The translations under genes were made by a program, and so were the position numbers. From the NCBI GenBank assembly GCA_963575745.1, contig CAUYUJ010000312.1:1-64000 (forward strand): 64,000 bases of DNA. The letters are read 5' to 3'. Under the pieces are notes generated by a model that was not told where the DNA came from, searched no databases, and saw only the letters and a program-made list of their open reading frames with translations. Positions 1-12,451 of the stretch are shown one piece after another. How positions within the stretch are numbered: the first letter of the stretch is position 1; the number at the start of each line of letters is the position of its first letter. This DNA comes from Prorocentrum cordatum. Lineage: Eukaryota.

Positions 1-999
1 TTTCGCTATACTTCATTCGTCGTCGTATCACCAGACGTGTCAATGGATCCCAGCGTTTCGCCTGAGGTTTTCTCACTCAGCACACCAAAGCTGGACTTTC
101 CAACATAGAGGGCGTATCGTTTCCATAACTTGGCTTTCGCCTGATCGCTGCGCACATTCGTCTTAAAGTTCCCAAGTGTTCTACGGATGGAGGGCGCTTG
201 TTGTTTAAATATGGATCTTGCCCTACTGCGGATCTGGGCCTCAGCTACAAGGATGGAGGGCGGTTCTTTTCATGACCAGGATTTGAGCTTTGTGCCGAAA
301 TTTCACGGATAGAGTTCGACTCCTTTTCAACACGGGGCGCTTGCTGGAGACGTTTTCAATTTTCATTCCCGTCGGCAAGACCAGAGCGACGTTTTCGGGG
401 ATGGTGGGCGATTCTTCCTCATCGCCAGGACTTTTCTGGACATCCAGGTAGCAAATCACGGGAGACTTCTGTACCCTCGTAATTCTTTCTTTGGCGTCGA
501 TTCGCGTCGATTAGTGTCTGGGAGTCGATGAGACAGCGCCGATTTTGCGTCGGCTAGCGTCGATTAGCGTCGATTCAGCGTCGATCAGCGTCGACATAGC
601 GTCGACTTACCGTCGAATGTCATGGCCAGGGCCATGATATCTCTCCAGATCTCCCTCCATAACACCATAGCCCCATCGCACTATAGCCCAATAGCTTCAT
701 AGCCCTATAGCCCTAATAAGACTTCGACTGGGGGTTTTCTCCGGTATCATAGCCTTCTTCTTCTTCTTCTTTCGAGACGTCCTTTGGTCCTTCCCATCGC
801 CCGTGCACGGCCAGGACCTGCGACCAGCCCCTCTTGGACGCTCCCCCCCCCTTGCGATCCTGCCCCGTGTTGCCGTCCCAGGCAGGAGGCTCGGAGGACG
901 GCTGCTCTTCTGCTGGGGGCCCTCGCCTTGGCCTCGAAGGGGGCAGCCCCCCCCGAGCACCTGATCCTACCCCGTGTTGCTGTCCTGGCCAGCTACAAG

Positions 1000-1170
1000 G
1001 GAGGAGGAGGAGGAGGAGGAGGAGGAGGAGGAGGAGGAGGAGGAGGAGGGAGGAGGAGGAGGAGGAGGAGGAGGAGGATGGTGGTGATAATGATGACGGT
1101 GATGGTGATGGTGATGGTGATGGTGATGGTGATGGCGATGATGATGTTGTCGATGATGATGATGATGATA

Positions 1171-1202
<32 letters not shown>

Positions 1203-1364
1203 GATGTTGATGATGATGATGATGGTGCTGATGTTGATGATTATGATGATGATGCTGATGCTGGTGATGATGACGATGATGATGATGATGGTGATGATGA
1301 TGATGATGAGGATGACGATGATGATGATGAGGATGACGATGATGATGATGATGATGATGCTGAC

Positions 1365-1398
<34 letters not shown>

Positions 1399-1463
1399 GT
1401 GGTGGTGATGATGATGATGCTGATGATGCTGATGCTGATGAGGATGACGATGATGATTGATGC

Positions 1464-1516
<53 letters not shown>

Positions 1517-1533
1517 GTGATGATGGTGATGAT
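1000..1533 (+). repeat. (GGA)n followed by imperfect (GAT)n microsatellite
   Basis: Direct inspection. Confidence 0.97.
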
Positions 1534-4500
1534 GTCGCCTTTCCTTCGCCTTGTCTCCCGTTTTGGAGGGGGCTGCTCGCAGGGATCCGCCTGTGATGGG
1601 AGAGGAATATCCAAAGGCAGAACAATCCCGTTTTTCTGTTTTCTGCCCTCGGTTTTTTCTGCCTTCCGTTTCCGGGAGGGGGGGCCTCCCGTCTTGGAGG
1701 GGGCTGCTCGCAGGGACTCGCCTGTAATGGGGGGGAGCTCCATCCTTGCCCCTTCGTGGCCGTCTCGTTCGTTTTGCTCCCCCGTCCTGCACGCCGGCCA
1801 GTTCGCGCATCGGTTGCCCCGGAGTGCTGCTCGCTGGTGCAGTTCTGCCTCGCCGCCGACGAGAAATGGTGATGGGGGGGGGGCTTCAGGGCCCACTTTG
1901 ATCCGATCGATCTGATTCGGCAGCCCTTTTGGCCAGATCGATCCGATCCGATCGGATTCCGAATTCCCAGCGATCCGATGCGGCCCGATGCTTACAGGGC
2001 GCTGCTGTGCAATTTGGTGCAGCCGATCCGATTCGATTTCGACTCTGTGCCGATGCAGCCCGGTCCGACGCACATCCCGATCCGATCCGCTTTTCCGATT
2101 TGATGCCGACCGATCCTGGGCTTGAGACTCGTGGGCGAAAAACGCCTCCTCCCCCTCCTCGTCCTCGTCCTCGTCCACGTCCTCGTCCTCGTCCTCGTCC
2201 TCCTCCTCCTCCTCCTCCTCCTCCTCCTCCTCCTCCTCCTCCTCCTGTGTGCTAATGTCTTAAGTCATCCAATTCGCTGCAACCGAAGACGCCAGTGTGC
2301 GATTCTTACTGGCGCCGGTGTTCGGTGCTTCAGTTTCCGCACCACGTGCACACTGTAATGCGAGCTGGCCTTTACCCATGGGGGGACCCCTACCAGAGCG
2401 CACAGCTGCCAAATTTGCCCTGTTCGACCCCTCACCCACAGGCATCAGGAGAGTGGTCGCAGCGTTTCATATCCACAGGATTGCTCGCGTTTGCCCCAGG
2501 CTTCCGCCTACCCCAACGCCTCCAGGAAATCTTTGAAGCGGCGCGGGCCGCCGTCGAACTCCCCCTTGGGGGGGTACCTCCAAGAAGCTCGATTTGCGGG
2601 CTCGGCTTTAAACGCCTGTAAGTCCATCAGGCACGCATCGTTCATGTGGTCGACAGTTGCCCGGGCAACATTTGTCACAGGTGGCCCCCGTCATCGAAAA
2701 TTGTAAGACTGTGTCGTACAAGCTTGAGTGAAACTTTCTACACCACCTGTACTTTAATACTTTCCTTACAGGTCTTCGCCCTCGGTCCCTGTCCATGGCG
2801 TACCTTTTCCTGCACATCCACTTCGGCACCGCCTGTTCCCCGGGCCCCGCCCGCTCCGGCCGCCTGAGGCCCCGCCTTCTGTGCCCTGTCTCCCTAATTA
2901 AAGCTGTGCGTAGCCCGCTTAGCTTTTAGCGGAAGAGGTTCGCTCTCGCCCCGCAGATCAAAAAAGCATCTTAATACTTTCGATCGGCACGATGAAGTTG
3001 CTCATCAGCACGACGTGTGGGGTACGTCTCTCCCAGATTCGGTCGCTGCTCACCCTTGCGATTTTTCGTGTGCTCTCGCCCCTGGGTGGCTGGTCAGGAT
3101 GCTCGGCTTTTAGGCTCGGCTGGTGGCGTCCGTGGCAATCGGGTCACGGCCTCTTCAGAAAAGGGCCCCAGCGCAACCCAGTCGGAGCCCACAGACACAG
3201 GAACACCTCATGTAACGCTTGGTCCTCCTCCTCCTCCTCCTCCTCCCTGCCTCTCATCCTCATCCTCCTTTTCCTCCTCCCCTTCGCCCTCCTCTCGCAG
3301 TCCCCGAGGAGAGAGACGGCGAAACGGGGGACGAGGAGGTGGAGGTGGGCGAGAAGGCAGGAGGGAATCCGTGTTCGCGGCCTCGCGGGCTGGGCACCTG
3401 GGCTGCGACCTGCGGGGCGTCTGTCTCGGATGCCCCGCGCGGAGCGCGTCTTCGTGCGGCCGCGCTGCCGCGGGACGTCGCTCCGGAGTCCGGACCGCGA
3501 GTGCGCGGCTGCGGACAGGTTCGCCGCTCGAGAGGCGGGCGGCAGTAAAACGGCGCGAAGATCGGGACAAAATTGGACCGGGATAACTCGAAATCTCTGA
3601 GAATCGGCGGGTTTGGAGGATGTATTGGGCGCCGCGGCCGCTCCAGAGCGTTCCGGAGCGCTCTCAGAGCGCTCCGGAACGCTCTGGAGCGATTTATCCC
3701 GATCCTAGCCTTGTTTTAGGCAGGGCGTGCTGAAGTGCTGCTGATGCACCCTGTGCTTAGTCTGGTCCTCCATCCCTTCTCCTGGTGGACGGTTCCTCCT
3801 TCGCGCGCCCCTGGGCGTCTCGGTAGGGCTGGCAGGGCGTCTCGAGTGAGATTTCCCCACGCTCGTCATTTGCAACAATCACGCGGATGGAGGGTCCGCT
3901 TTCAAGATTGAAGATTGGGTTGTCGCTTTAGCGCCGCGACCATTCGTCCGAGAACGTTGCAACACTTACACTGGTGGAGAGGCGGGGTGTTTTCAGGGGA
4001 TCTCGTCCTGGCTCCGTGGGGCTGGAGCGGATGGGGTCGGAGCATCGCGTCGCATCGCCGACGTGTCGGCGATGCAGCGTGATTTGGAGTTCGATCTTAT
4101 CCGTCCCGACGCTGCTGGTGCAGCACTAATTCGGCGCGAGCCTCTGGGACCCCATCTGCTCCAGCCCCTATACCACGAGGCCTCCACACTCGCGAAAGCC
4201 GACCACCAAGGGAGGGAGCCAGGGGAGGGGCAGATCCTTCCCTCACCGTTGCGCGGGAGGTGGGCCGGCGAGCGTGTTGCCCTCCCCAGGGCTTCCGATC
4301 TTTCCCTCGTCCCCCTATCGTCGCATCGTGCCACCATCGTTTCGGGGGTGGACAGAACCCCCAACCTGACACGTCGATTCGCGAATTGTCCGTTTTCGGT
4401 TCTCGAGAGGGCGCCGCGGCCGTCATTTTCCAGGCTTGCGCCCGCCAGGTTTGGGCCCGAGGTCGTTTTCACTGAACCACGTTGTGCTAAAGGGGGTTCT

Positions 4501-4699
4501 GTCCGTCCCAGATCGTTGCCCCTCGTTGCTGCTGGCCTGAGCTGGTGCTGGGCCGCCTCGGCGGCCCCCCTGGGCGGCTCCAGCTCTCCGGGCCGCTGCG
4601 GCCCCGCACGCCCAGAGGCGCCCTTCCCGAAGTACGCGACGGGCGCGTGTGTGATCCTGGGTGTCATCGGCTACGTTGGAGGTCACCGCGGCCTGAGAT

Positions 4700-4874
4700 C
4701 GGGCGACGAAATCCATACATCTCCACTGCCCCCTGGCCGGGCCCTTCCTGGGTGCAGGTGCTGTGCGTACGCCCTGCTGGCCAAGCCAGGAGGGCGTGGC
4801 GTAGACACCGCTGCTGGGTGCAGGATGGGCCTGGCCAGGGAGCAGTGGATACAAGTATAGATTTCGTCGCCCCG
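4700..4874. mobile_element. Short TIR element with flanking direct repeat
   Basis: CGGGCGACGAAATCCATAC / GTATAGATTTCGTCGCCCCG inverted termini; TGAGAT duplicated at 4694-4699 and 4875-4880. Confidence 0.65.
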
Positions 4875-6125
4875 TGAGATCGGGACGATCGACACGGGAA
4901 CGGACAAGAGCTGGTGCAAGGTCCGACAGCACCTTCTGGTCGCTTCGAGCAGGGCTCCCCGTCGGTGCCGCCGCGGACGGTGTGTCCACCCGAGGCGACA
5001 GGCCGCCTGCCCCCAGGTGGCCGCTGCCGGTTTTGGACAGCACTTGTTGTTGGGCATCCTACGCTTTTTTGTCCGCTTTGTTGCGCTTCCCCCTTGATTG
5101 TAAATTGTTTTACACATTTGTCCGCGCCGAGGCGCGACCGCCCCGCCCCTCGTACGGCCGTCCCTCGTGACGTGAGGGCGCAGTGTCAGTGTCAGTGTCT
5201 CGGGCGCCCATACGAGAGACGACAGGCAGGGTCCGCTTCGATCCGATATGTTCGGGTGCAGCTACCGGGAGGTCAAGCTCGGACTTTGCCCCGGTGCGAA
5301 ACCCGGGCCTGATCCCGCTGCATCCGGCTCAATTTCGCCTACTCCCGCTCAACCCGCTTCACCTGAGGCCCACTCCGGCGTAACGGCCCCCGAATGGGGC
5401 TTAATCCTCCTTACTCTTTTCGAGTGACAAGACCTCCCAGTAGCTGCCTCCTAAGATCTGTCCGACTCGATATCGACCCCAGCCGGCTCGATCCGGTGTG
5501 ACTTCGGCATTCGGCCGATCCAGGGCGGCACGCTGCCTCCACGGCCGGGTTTTGTACCCTGGCGCGGCTGATGCGAGCCGACTTCGACTCCGTGCCGATG
5601 CAGCCCGATCCGACGAGCATTCCGATTGGACCTGGTTTTTCGATTCGATGCGGACAGATGTTGCCTTGTTCCCTCACCTCTCTTGAGACTGCTTTTTTTA
5701 AAGGGTCGGGCGATAAACCGGGTTATCGGGCTTGCCCCCCCTCCCCCCCCAGGATAACCTAACCTTGCCGGTTGTGCAGGTCCGCGGGAGGGGGGGCGCG
5801 GGCATGTGCAGGGCTGCCCACAGCGCGAGGGTTAGGTTATCGGCCGGCCCCCTCCTCCCCTCCCCCCGTGATAGCCCGGGTTATCGCCGATTCAAAAAAA
5901 CGGTCTCCTTCCTTCCTCACAGGTGTATGTATGGTCGGTGCGATCGGAAGGGTTACGGACATACTGAGGACGAAGACCGATGGCAGTTCCGAGCATGTGT
6001 GTGTGTGTGTGTGTGTCGCTTCTCGTTCCCCGTGGAATAGCGATCACAAAGAGGCTTTGCCGTTTGTCTTCTTTACGCCTGGCTGCAGTTGCCCACCCGC
6101 GTTTCCGCCTCGTTGTTTGTCTCGG

Positions 6126-6312
6126 TATCGTTTAACCGACCCCCATCCCCATCTCCATCCCCTTTGAGACTCCCACCAAATGACCCCCCCAGTTGGGGAT
6201 ACACCCCTCGAAACCCAAAGGGAACGGCCTATATCCCCATCTAGGGGGGTAAATCGGCCAGTGGGTGGGGCCCAGCCCACGCCGCTGGGGATGGGGATCG
6301 GATAAACGATAC
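6126..6312. mobile_element. MITE family D; second copy ~15919-16099
   Basis: TIR TATCGTTTA(A/T)CCGACCCC…GGGGATCGGATAAACGAT. Shared interior CCCCAGTTGGGGATACACCCCTCGAAACCC. Confidence 0.72.
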
Positions 6313-6405
6313 TCACGTTCTCCGGCCCTGCCCGAGTCTGGGGCCACCGCCGATTTTCGGGCCCATGGCTCAGTTCCCCGACTCGTGGGCCACATTCCTC
6401 CTCCC

Positions 6406-6581
6406 TCACCACCCACCAGGCCACCCCAACCCAGCCCGAAGGCCTCAGATTGACCTCCATCTCCAGTGGGGGGGGGGGTCGGGGAACCTCGAGAAAACAC
6501 GCATGGAACCCGTACCCCCCCCCCCCAACCCGAAATTCGTGTCTTCGGGTTTTGGGTTGGGGTGGTCTGGTAGGTAGTCAC
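6406..6581. mobile_element. MITE family E; second copy ~33493-33664
   Basis: TIR CACCCACCAG.CCACCCCAACCC / GGGTTGGGGTGGTCTGGTAGGTAG. The two copies align over their full length. Confidence 0.72.
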
Positions 6582-6683
6582 TCCCCCCCTCGACCGCTCG
6601 CCCGGGGCAAGATCTGTCACTGGCAGCTCCCTCTCTCAGCGCCTGCCTGCGCAGGGCGGCAGGCCGCGTTCGCCCAGGCTGCG

Positions 6684-7384
6684 GCCCCCACGGCACGCAC
6701 CAGCATGCCCGCGGCAGCACCCCTGGAGCATGGCGGCTGCTCTTCGCCCTGCCTCCTCAGGACATTCTTGCCTGCAGTTCTGGGCTTCGTAGACGGGGTG
6801 GCCCCCACGGCACGCACCAGCGTGCTCGCGGCAGCACCCCTGGAGCGTGGCGGCTGCTCTTCGCCCTCCCTCCTCAGGACATTCCTGCCTGCAGTTCTAG
6901 GCTTCGTGGATGGGGTGGCCCTCACGGCAAGCACCAGCATGCTCGTGGCAGCACCCCTGGAGCGTGGCGGCTGCTCTTCGCCCTCCCTCCTCAGGACATT
7001 CCTGCCTGCAGTTCTAGGCTTCGTAGATGGGGTGGCCCTCACGGCAAGCACCAGCATGCTCGCGGCAGCACCCCTGGAGCGCGGCGGCTGCTCTTCGCCC
7101 TCCCTCCTCAGGGCATTCTTGCCTGCAGTTCTGGGCTTCGTAGACGGGGTGGCCCTCACAGCAAGCACCAACATGCTCGTGGCAGCACCCCCGGAGCGTG
7201 GCGGCTGCTCTTCGCCCTCCCTCCTCAGGACATTCTTGCCTGCAGTTCTAGGCTTCGTAGACGGGGTGGCCCTCACGGCAAGCACCAACATGCTCGCGGC
7301 AGCACCCCTGGAGCGTGGCGGCTGCTCTTCGCCCTCCCTCCTCAGGACATCCTTGCCTGCAGTTCTAGGCTTCGTAGACGGGGT
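6684..7384 (+). repeat. Six tandem copies of a 117-bp unit
   Basis: Unit starts at 6684, 6801, 6918 and so on. Copies are highly similar and translate as a 39-aa repeat (APTARTSMPAAAPLEHGGCSSPCLLRTFLPAVLGFVDGV). Confidence 0.95.
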
Positions 7385-7594
7385 CGGAACAGAGGGGACC
7401 GAAGGATCGCGACGCATCGCCGATGCATCGGCGATGCGGCTCGATGTGGGGCCCTGTGTTCTCCACGCCGACGTCGCCGATGCATCGTCGACGTCGCCGG
7501 TGCATGGCCGATGCATCGCCGAGGTATCGGCGATGCATCGCCGATGTATCGGCACTGCGGCGAGATCCTCCGACCCTATCTACTCCGACCCCAT
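7378..7594. mobile_element. MITE family F with (GCATCGCCGAT)n palindromic interior; second copy ~61042-61250
   Basis: TIR GGGGTCGGA…TCCGACCCC. Repeated CATCGCCGATG / CATCGGCGATG units. Confidence 0.7.
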
Positions 7595-8760
7595 GGAGGA
7601 GGCCTCCAGCAATCGCCCAGCAGAACAAGGCCTCTGCCCGAGCGGCACTCGCCACAAGCGCGCGCGCCCGCGGCTCGCGCCCGCGGCTCCCGCCCGCGGC
7701 TCGCCCCCGCGCGTGCCCACCGGTGACCTTGGCGCAGCGCCGCGTGTCCCCAGGGCCGCCGGGGAGGAGGGGGTAGAGAAGAACATGCCCGGCGGTCTTC
7801 TCAGTCCCCTCTTCCTCCTCCTCCTCCTCCTCCTCCTCCTTCGCCCTTCTTCCCCTCCTTCCTCCTCCTCCTCCTCCTCCTCCTCCTCCTCCTTCTCTGC
7901 CTCGTCCTCCTTTTTCTTTTCCTCCCCCTCCTGAGTCGGCCCGAGGGTGGGGGCCTGGCACCTGTTCCCACGGTGTCAGCGCCACACACACTTCGGGGCA
8001 CACCGTCAGAGTCGACTGCATACGGCGACATGGGGCAGCTAAACTGACTCGCGCCTGTTGGAACCAGCCACGTGGCACAGTGCCCGTGGCAGCGGCGCTA
8101 GTCACGCTGCGTGACCTGGGTACCAAGCGCGGGGTATTGCGCACTGGTTGAGAGGCGGGGCCATGTGGCCCGTAAGTCCCACGGTGGCTTTGTGCCCGCT
8201 CGCCCTGGGGAACAAACCCAACTGCGCGTGCCAGGTGATCGGGCAGGGGTTTGTAGTCGGGAAGTATCTCGCAGTAGCGAGATGAAGCGACGGTCCCCCT
8301 ACGCACCACGCTCTTTCGGCTGGAGTCAAGTCGCTGGGCGACGAGGTAGCTGCCTATCCCTTGTTCGTCGGTGCGCGCGCCTCCAGGCCCGCTGGGGGAG
8401 GCCGCGGCGGGTGTCGGTTGCTTGCAATTGCGGCCCGCCTGCGTGCAGCGTGCACCGCGCACTTCCTGGATCCATGACCCCATGACTCCCCATCCTGCCT
8501 TCCACCCTTCCACTTCCTCGTCTTCCTCCTTTTCCTCGTCGTTGTCCTCCTCCTCTCCCCCCTCCTCCCCTTTTTCCTCCTCTCTTTCCCCCTCCCGCAC
8601 TTTCTCTTCCTCCTCCTTTTCCTCCCCCTCCTCTTCCTCTTCTTCCTCCTCGAAGAGTCCGATTCGATCCTCTTGGCCCGATCGTCCTGTCAGGCCCGAT
8701 CCTTTTCTTCCAGTCCGCTCCTGAGTCCCACTTGTTCTCAATCCTTCCCTGTCTCACCTC

Positions 8761-10490
8761 AGGGCGTGTCGGCAGAGCGCGCTGTGCGTTTCGCCAGAGA
8801 CTGCTTCGTCATGTGTGGTCTTCAACTTGCGAGTTCGCAGTAGCTTCACGAAAGGAGGGCGGGTCGTTTTCAATCTGTGGCTCTCGCATTAGCGCCGCGC
8901 GCATTCTTCTCAAACAACTGCAAAAGTTCAGCGGGTGGAGGGCGGGCCGTGTTCAACCTGTGGCTTTTGCTACAGCGCCGTGCACACTCGTCTTAGACAG
9001 TTGCAAGAGTTTCACCACTGGAGGGTGGTTCCTTTTCAACATGTCGCTCTCGCTTTAGCGCCGGGCGCGTTCGTTTTCCACAGTTGCAATAGTTTCACGG
9101 ATGGAGGCCGGCTCATTTTCAAAACGCGGTTTTCGTTTTAACGCAGCGCGCATTCGTTTCAGAGTTTACAACATTTTCAAGGATTTTCATGGCCATCGTT
9201 CTAAACATTATGTTTCGGCCCGATGTTGGACTGCCGTGACGCGACAGTAACGGTGATTCGCTGCGCTGAAATCCCAGAAGTGATGTTCTGGCACATTTGA
9301 GGATTTTCAAACGGTTGTCTTCCAACGGGGCCAATCCCTGTGTGAAGGTGAATACTTGTGCGGGCTCCTCTGGGGCCTATGATTGCAGGAGGAACTTGGA
9401 GGGAGGGTTCATTCCAATATCGTTGATGAGTCTTGGGTTTGCACTGGTCCTCTTCCTTTTCCTCTTCCACCTCTTGCCCCTCCTGTGTCCCACTCCTTCT
9501 CCCCCTCCTCCTCCTCCTCCTCCTCCTCCTCCCCCTCCCCCTCCTCCTCCTCCTCCTCCTCCTCCTCCTCCTCTTCCGCTTCCTCCTCGAAGTGTCCGAT
9601 CCTCTCCTCTTGACCCGATCCCCCTGTCGTGCCAGATCGGCGCAACGCCTCGTGCCCCCCAGGGCTGCTGGGGAGGAGAGAGGGCGGGATTGACAAATGC
9701 TCGGCGGCCTTCCAAGTCCCGTCCTCCTCGTCCTCGTCGTCGTCGTCGTCGTCGTCCTCTTCCTCCTCCTCCTCCTGAATTCCACTCGTCCTCCTCTTCT
9801 TGCTCCTCTTCCTCTCCTCCTCCCCCTCCTGAGTCCCGCTCCTCCTCCTCTTCCTCCTCCTCCTCCTTCTCGTCCTCCTCTTCGAAGTGTCCGATTCGAT
9901 CCTCCTGTCAGGCCCGATCCTCCTCCTGTCCGATCCTGAGTCCCACTCGTCCTTAATTCCTTTTCTTTATAATTCACTCCTCCCTGCCTCACACCGTGGC
10001 GTGTCGGTACAGCGCGTTGGCGTTTCGCCAGAGACTCCTTCATCATGTATGTTCCTTAATTGGAAAATTCGCACGAGCTTCACGGATGGAGGGCGGGTCG
10101 TTTTCAACATGTGGCTCTCGCCTGGGCGCCGCGCAAATTCGTTTCAAAGAATTACAAGAGTTTCACTGATGGAGGGCGGGTCGTTTTCAAAATGTGGTTC
10201 TGGGTGGAGGGAGGTCCTTTTTCAACATGTGGTTCTTGCTTTAGTGTCGCGCACACTCGTCTTAAACATCTGCAAGAGTTTCGCGGATGGAAAAGGTTTC
10301 ACGGATGGAAAAGGGTTTCACGGGTGGAAGGCGGTTCCTTTTCAACAGGTGGCTCTCGCTTTAGTGCCGCGCACATCTTAACCATCTGCAAGAGTTTCAC
10401 GGATGAAGGGTGGTTCCCTTTCAACATGAGGTTCTCGCTTTGGTACCGCGCACATCCGTTCAAAGAGTCTACAGCAGTTTGAAGGATTCT
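8761..10490 (+). repeat. Dispersed composite repeat containing ~83-bp tandem units (two copies here; inverted copy 61840-62610; degenerate copies ~50-360 and ~3830-3990)
   Basis: Common start GCGTTTCGCCAGAGACT, units TTTCACGGATGGAGGGCGGGTCGTTTTCAA, and common end GGGAGGGTT.ATTCCAATATCGTT…CACTGGTCCTC. Confidence 0.8.
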
Positions 10491-10514
10491 CCGCCCCCTC
10501 CTGAATCCCACTGG

Positions 10515-11277
10515 TCCTCCTCTTCGTCCTCTTCTTACTCATTCTTTCACTCCGTCTCCCCCTCCTGAGTCCCACTCCTCCTCCTCCTCCTCCTCGTCCT
10601 CCTCCTCCTCCTCCTCCTCCTCCTCCTCCCCTTCTCCTCCTCGTCGAATTGTCCGATCCGATCCTCCTGACCCGATCCTCCTGTCGGGCCCGATCCTATT
10701 CCTCCTCCTCCTGTCCGATCCGATTTGATGCTGTCCAGTCCGATCCTCCCCCTCCTGTTCCTCCTCCCTCCTCCTCCCTTCTCCTCCTCCTCCTCCTCCT
10801 CCTCCTCATCCTTCCTCCCCTCCTTTCCTCCTCCGTCTCCTCCTCCTCCTCCTCCTCCTCCTCCTCCTCCTCCTCCTCCTCCCTCCTCCGCCTCCCTCCT
10901 CCTCCTCCCCCTCCACCTCCTCCTCCACCTCCTCGCGCCCCTCCTCCGCATCCACATCCTCGCGCCCCTCCTCGACCTCCCCCCTCCTTGGCGTCCCTCT
11001 TCGTCGCTCTGTACCTCCGCTGCGGGTCCGTGGCGGTCTCAAGAGGCTCTGGCTGGGGCCCGCGGGGGCGCCCGTGGGCCCCGGGAGAGCTGGGCGGCCG
11101 GGGAGTTCCCACGCTCCCCGCGGGCCTGCGGAGGAGGAGGCGGAGGAGGAGGAGGAGGAGGGGGAGGAGGGGGGGAGGAGGGAGGAGGAGGAGGAGGAGG
11201 AGGAGGAGGAGGGGGAGGAGGAGGAGGAGGAGGTGGAGGAGGAGGAGGGGGAGGAGGAGGAGGAGGAGAGGAACAAT

Positions 11278-11308
<31 letters not shown>

Positions 11309-11318
11309 ATGATGATGC

Positions 11319-11377
<59 letters not shown>

Positions 11378-11796
11378 ATGATGATGATGATGATGATGAT
11401 GATGACTATGCTGATGACGATGCTGCTGATGATGATGATGCTGATACTGATGATGATGAGGAGGAGGAGGATTTGGAGGAGGAGAAGGAAAAGGAGGAGG
11501 GGGAGGAACATGATGATGATGATGAGGCTGCTGATGATGATGCTGATGATGCTGAAGATGATGATGCTGATGATGATGACGATGCTGATGATGATGCTGA
11601 TGATAACGATGATGATGATGAGGAGGAGGAGGTGGAGGAGGATGAGGAAAAGGAGGAGGAGGAACATGATGATGATGATGATGATGACGATGATGATGAC
11701 AATGCTGATGACAATGATGAGGCTGATGATGCTGATGCTGATGCTGATGATGATGATGCTGATGATGATGATGCTGATGATAATGATGATGCTGAC

Positions 11797-11833
<37 letters not shown>

Positions 11834-11965
11834 CTGATGATGATGCTGATGATGATGCTGCTGAGGATGATGATGAGGATATGATGACGATGACGATGAC
11901 GATGACGATGATGATGATGATGATGCTGATGATGATGCTGATGATGATGATGATGATGACGATGC

Positions 11966-12000
<35 letters not shown>

Positions 12001-12009
12001 CTGATGATT

Positions 12010-12042
<33 letters not shown>

Positions 12043-12052
12043 CTGATGATGC

Positions 12053-12131
<79 letters not shown>

Positions 12132-12153
12132 CTGCTGCTGCTGCTGCTGATGC

Positions 12154-12221
<68 letters not shown>

Positions 12222-12451
12222 CTGATGGTGATGGTGGTGGAGGTGGTGGAGGAGTAGGAGGAGGAGGAGGAGGAGGCAGGAGGAGGAGGAGGAGGAGGAG
12301 GAGGAGGAGGAGGAGGAGGAGGAGGAGGAGGAGGGAGGAGGAGGAGAGGAGGAGGAGGAGGGAGAGGAGGAGGAGGAGGAGGAGAGGAGGAGGAGGAGGC
12401 GGAGGAGGAGGAGGAGGAGGAGGAGGAGGAGGAGGAGGAGGAGGAGGAGGA
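10515..12451 (+). repeat. Compound (CCT)n / (GGA)n / (GAT)n / (GGA)n microsatellite block
   Basis: Direct inspection; the GAT portion is ~11276-12230. Confidence 0.97.

Noticed and set aside
6684..7384. Possible CRISPR array, also considered for the 89-bp and 52/59-bp repeats
   Set aside because: Units are contiguous with no unique spacers, no cas genes are present, and the context is eukaryotic.
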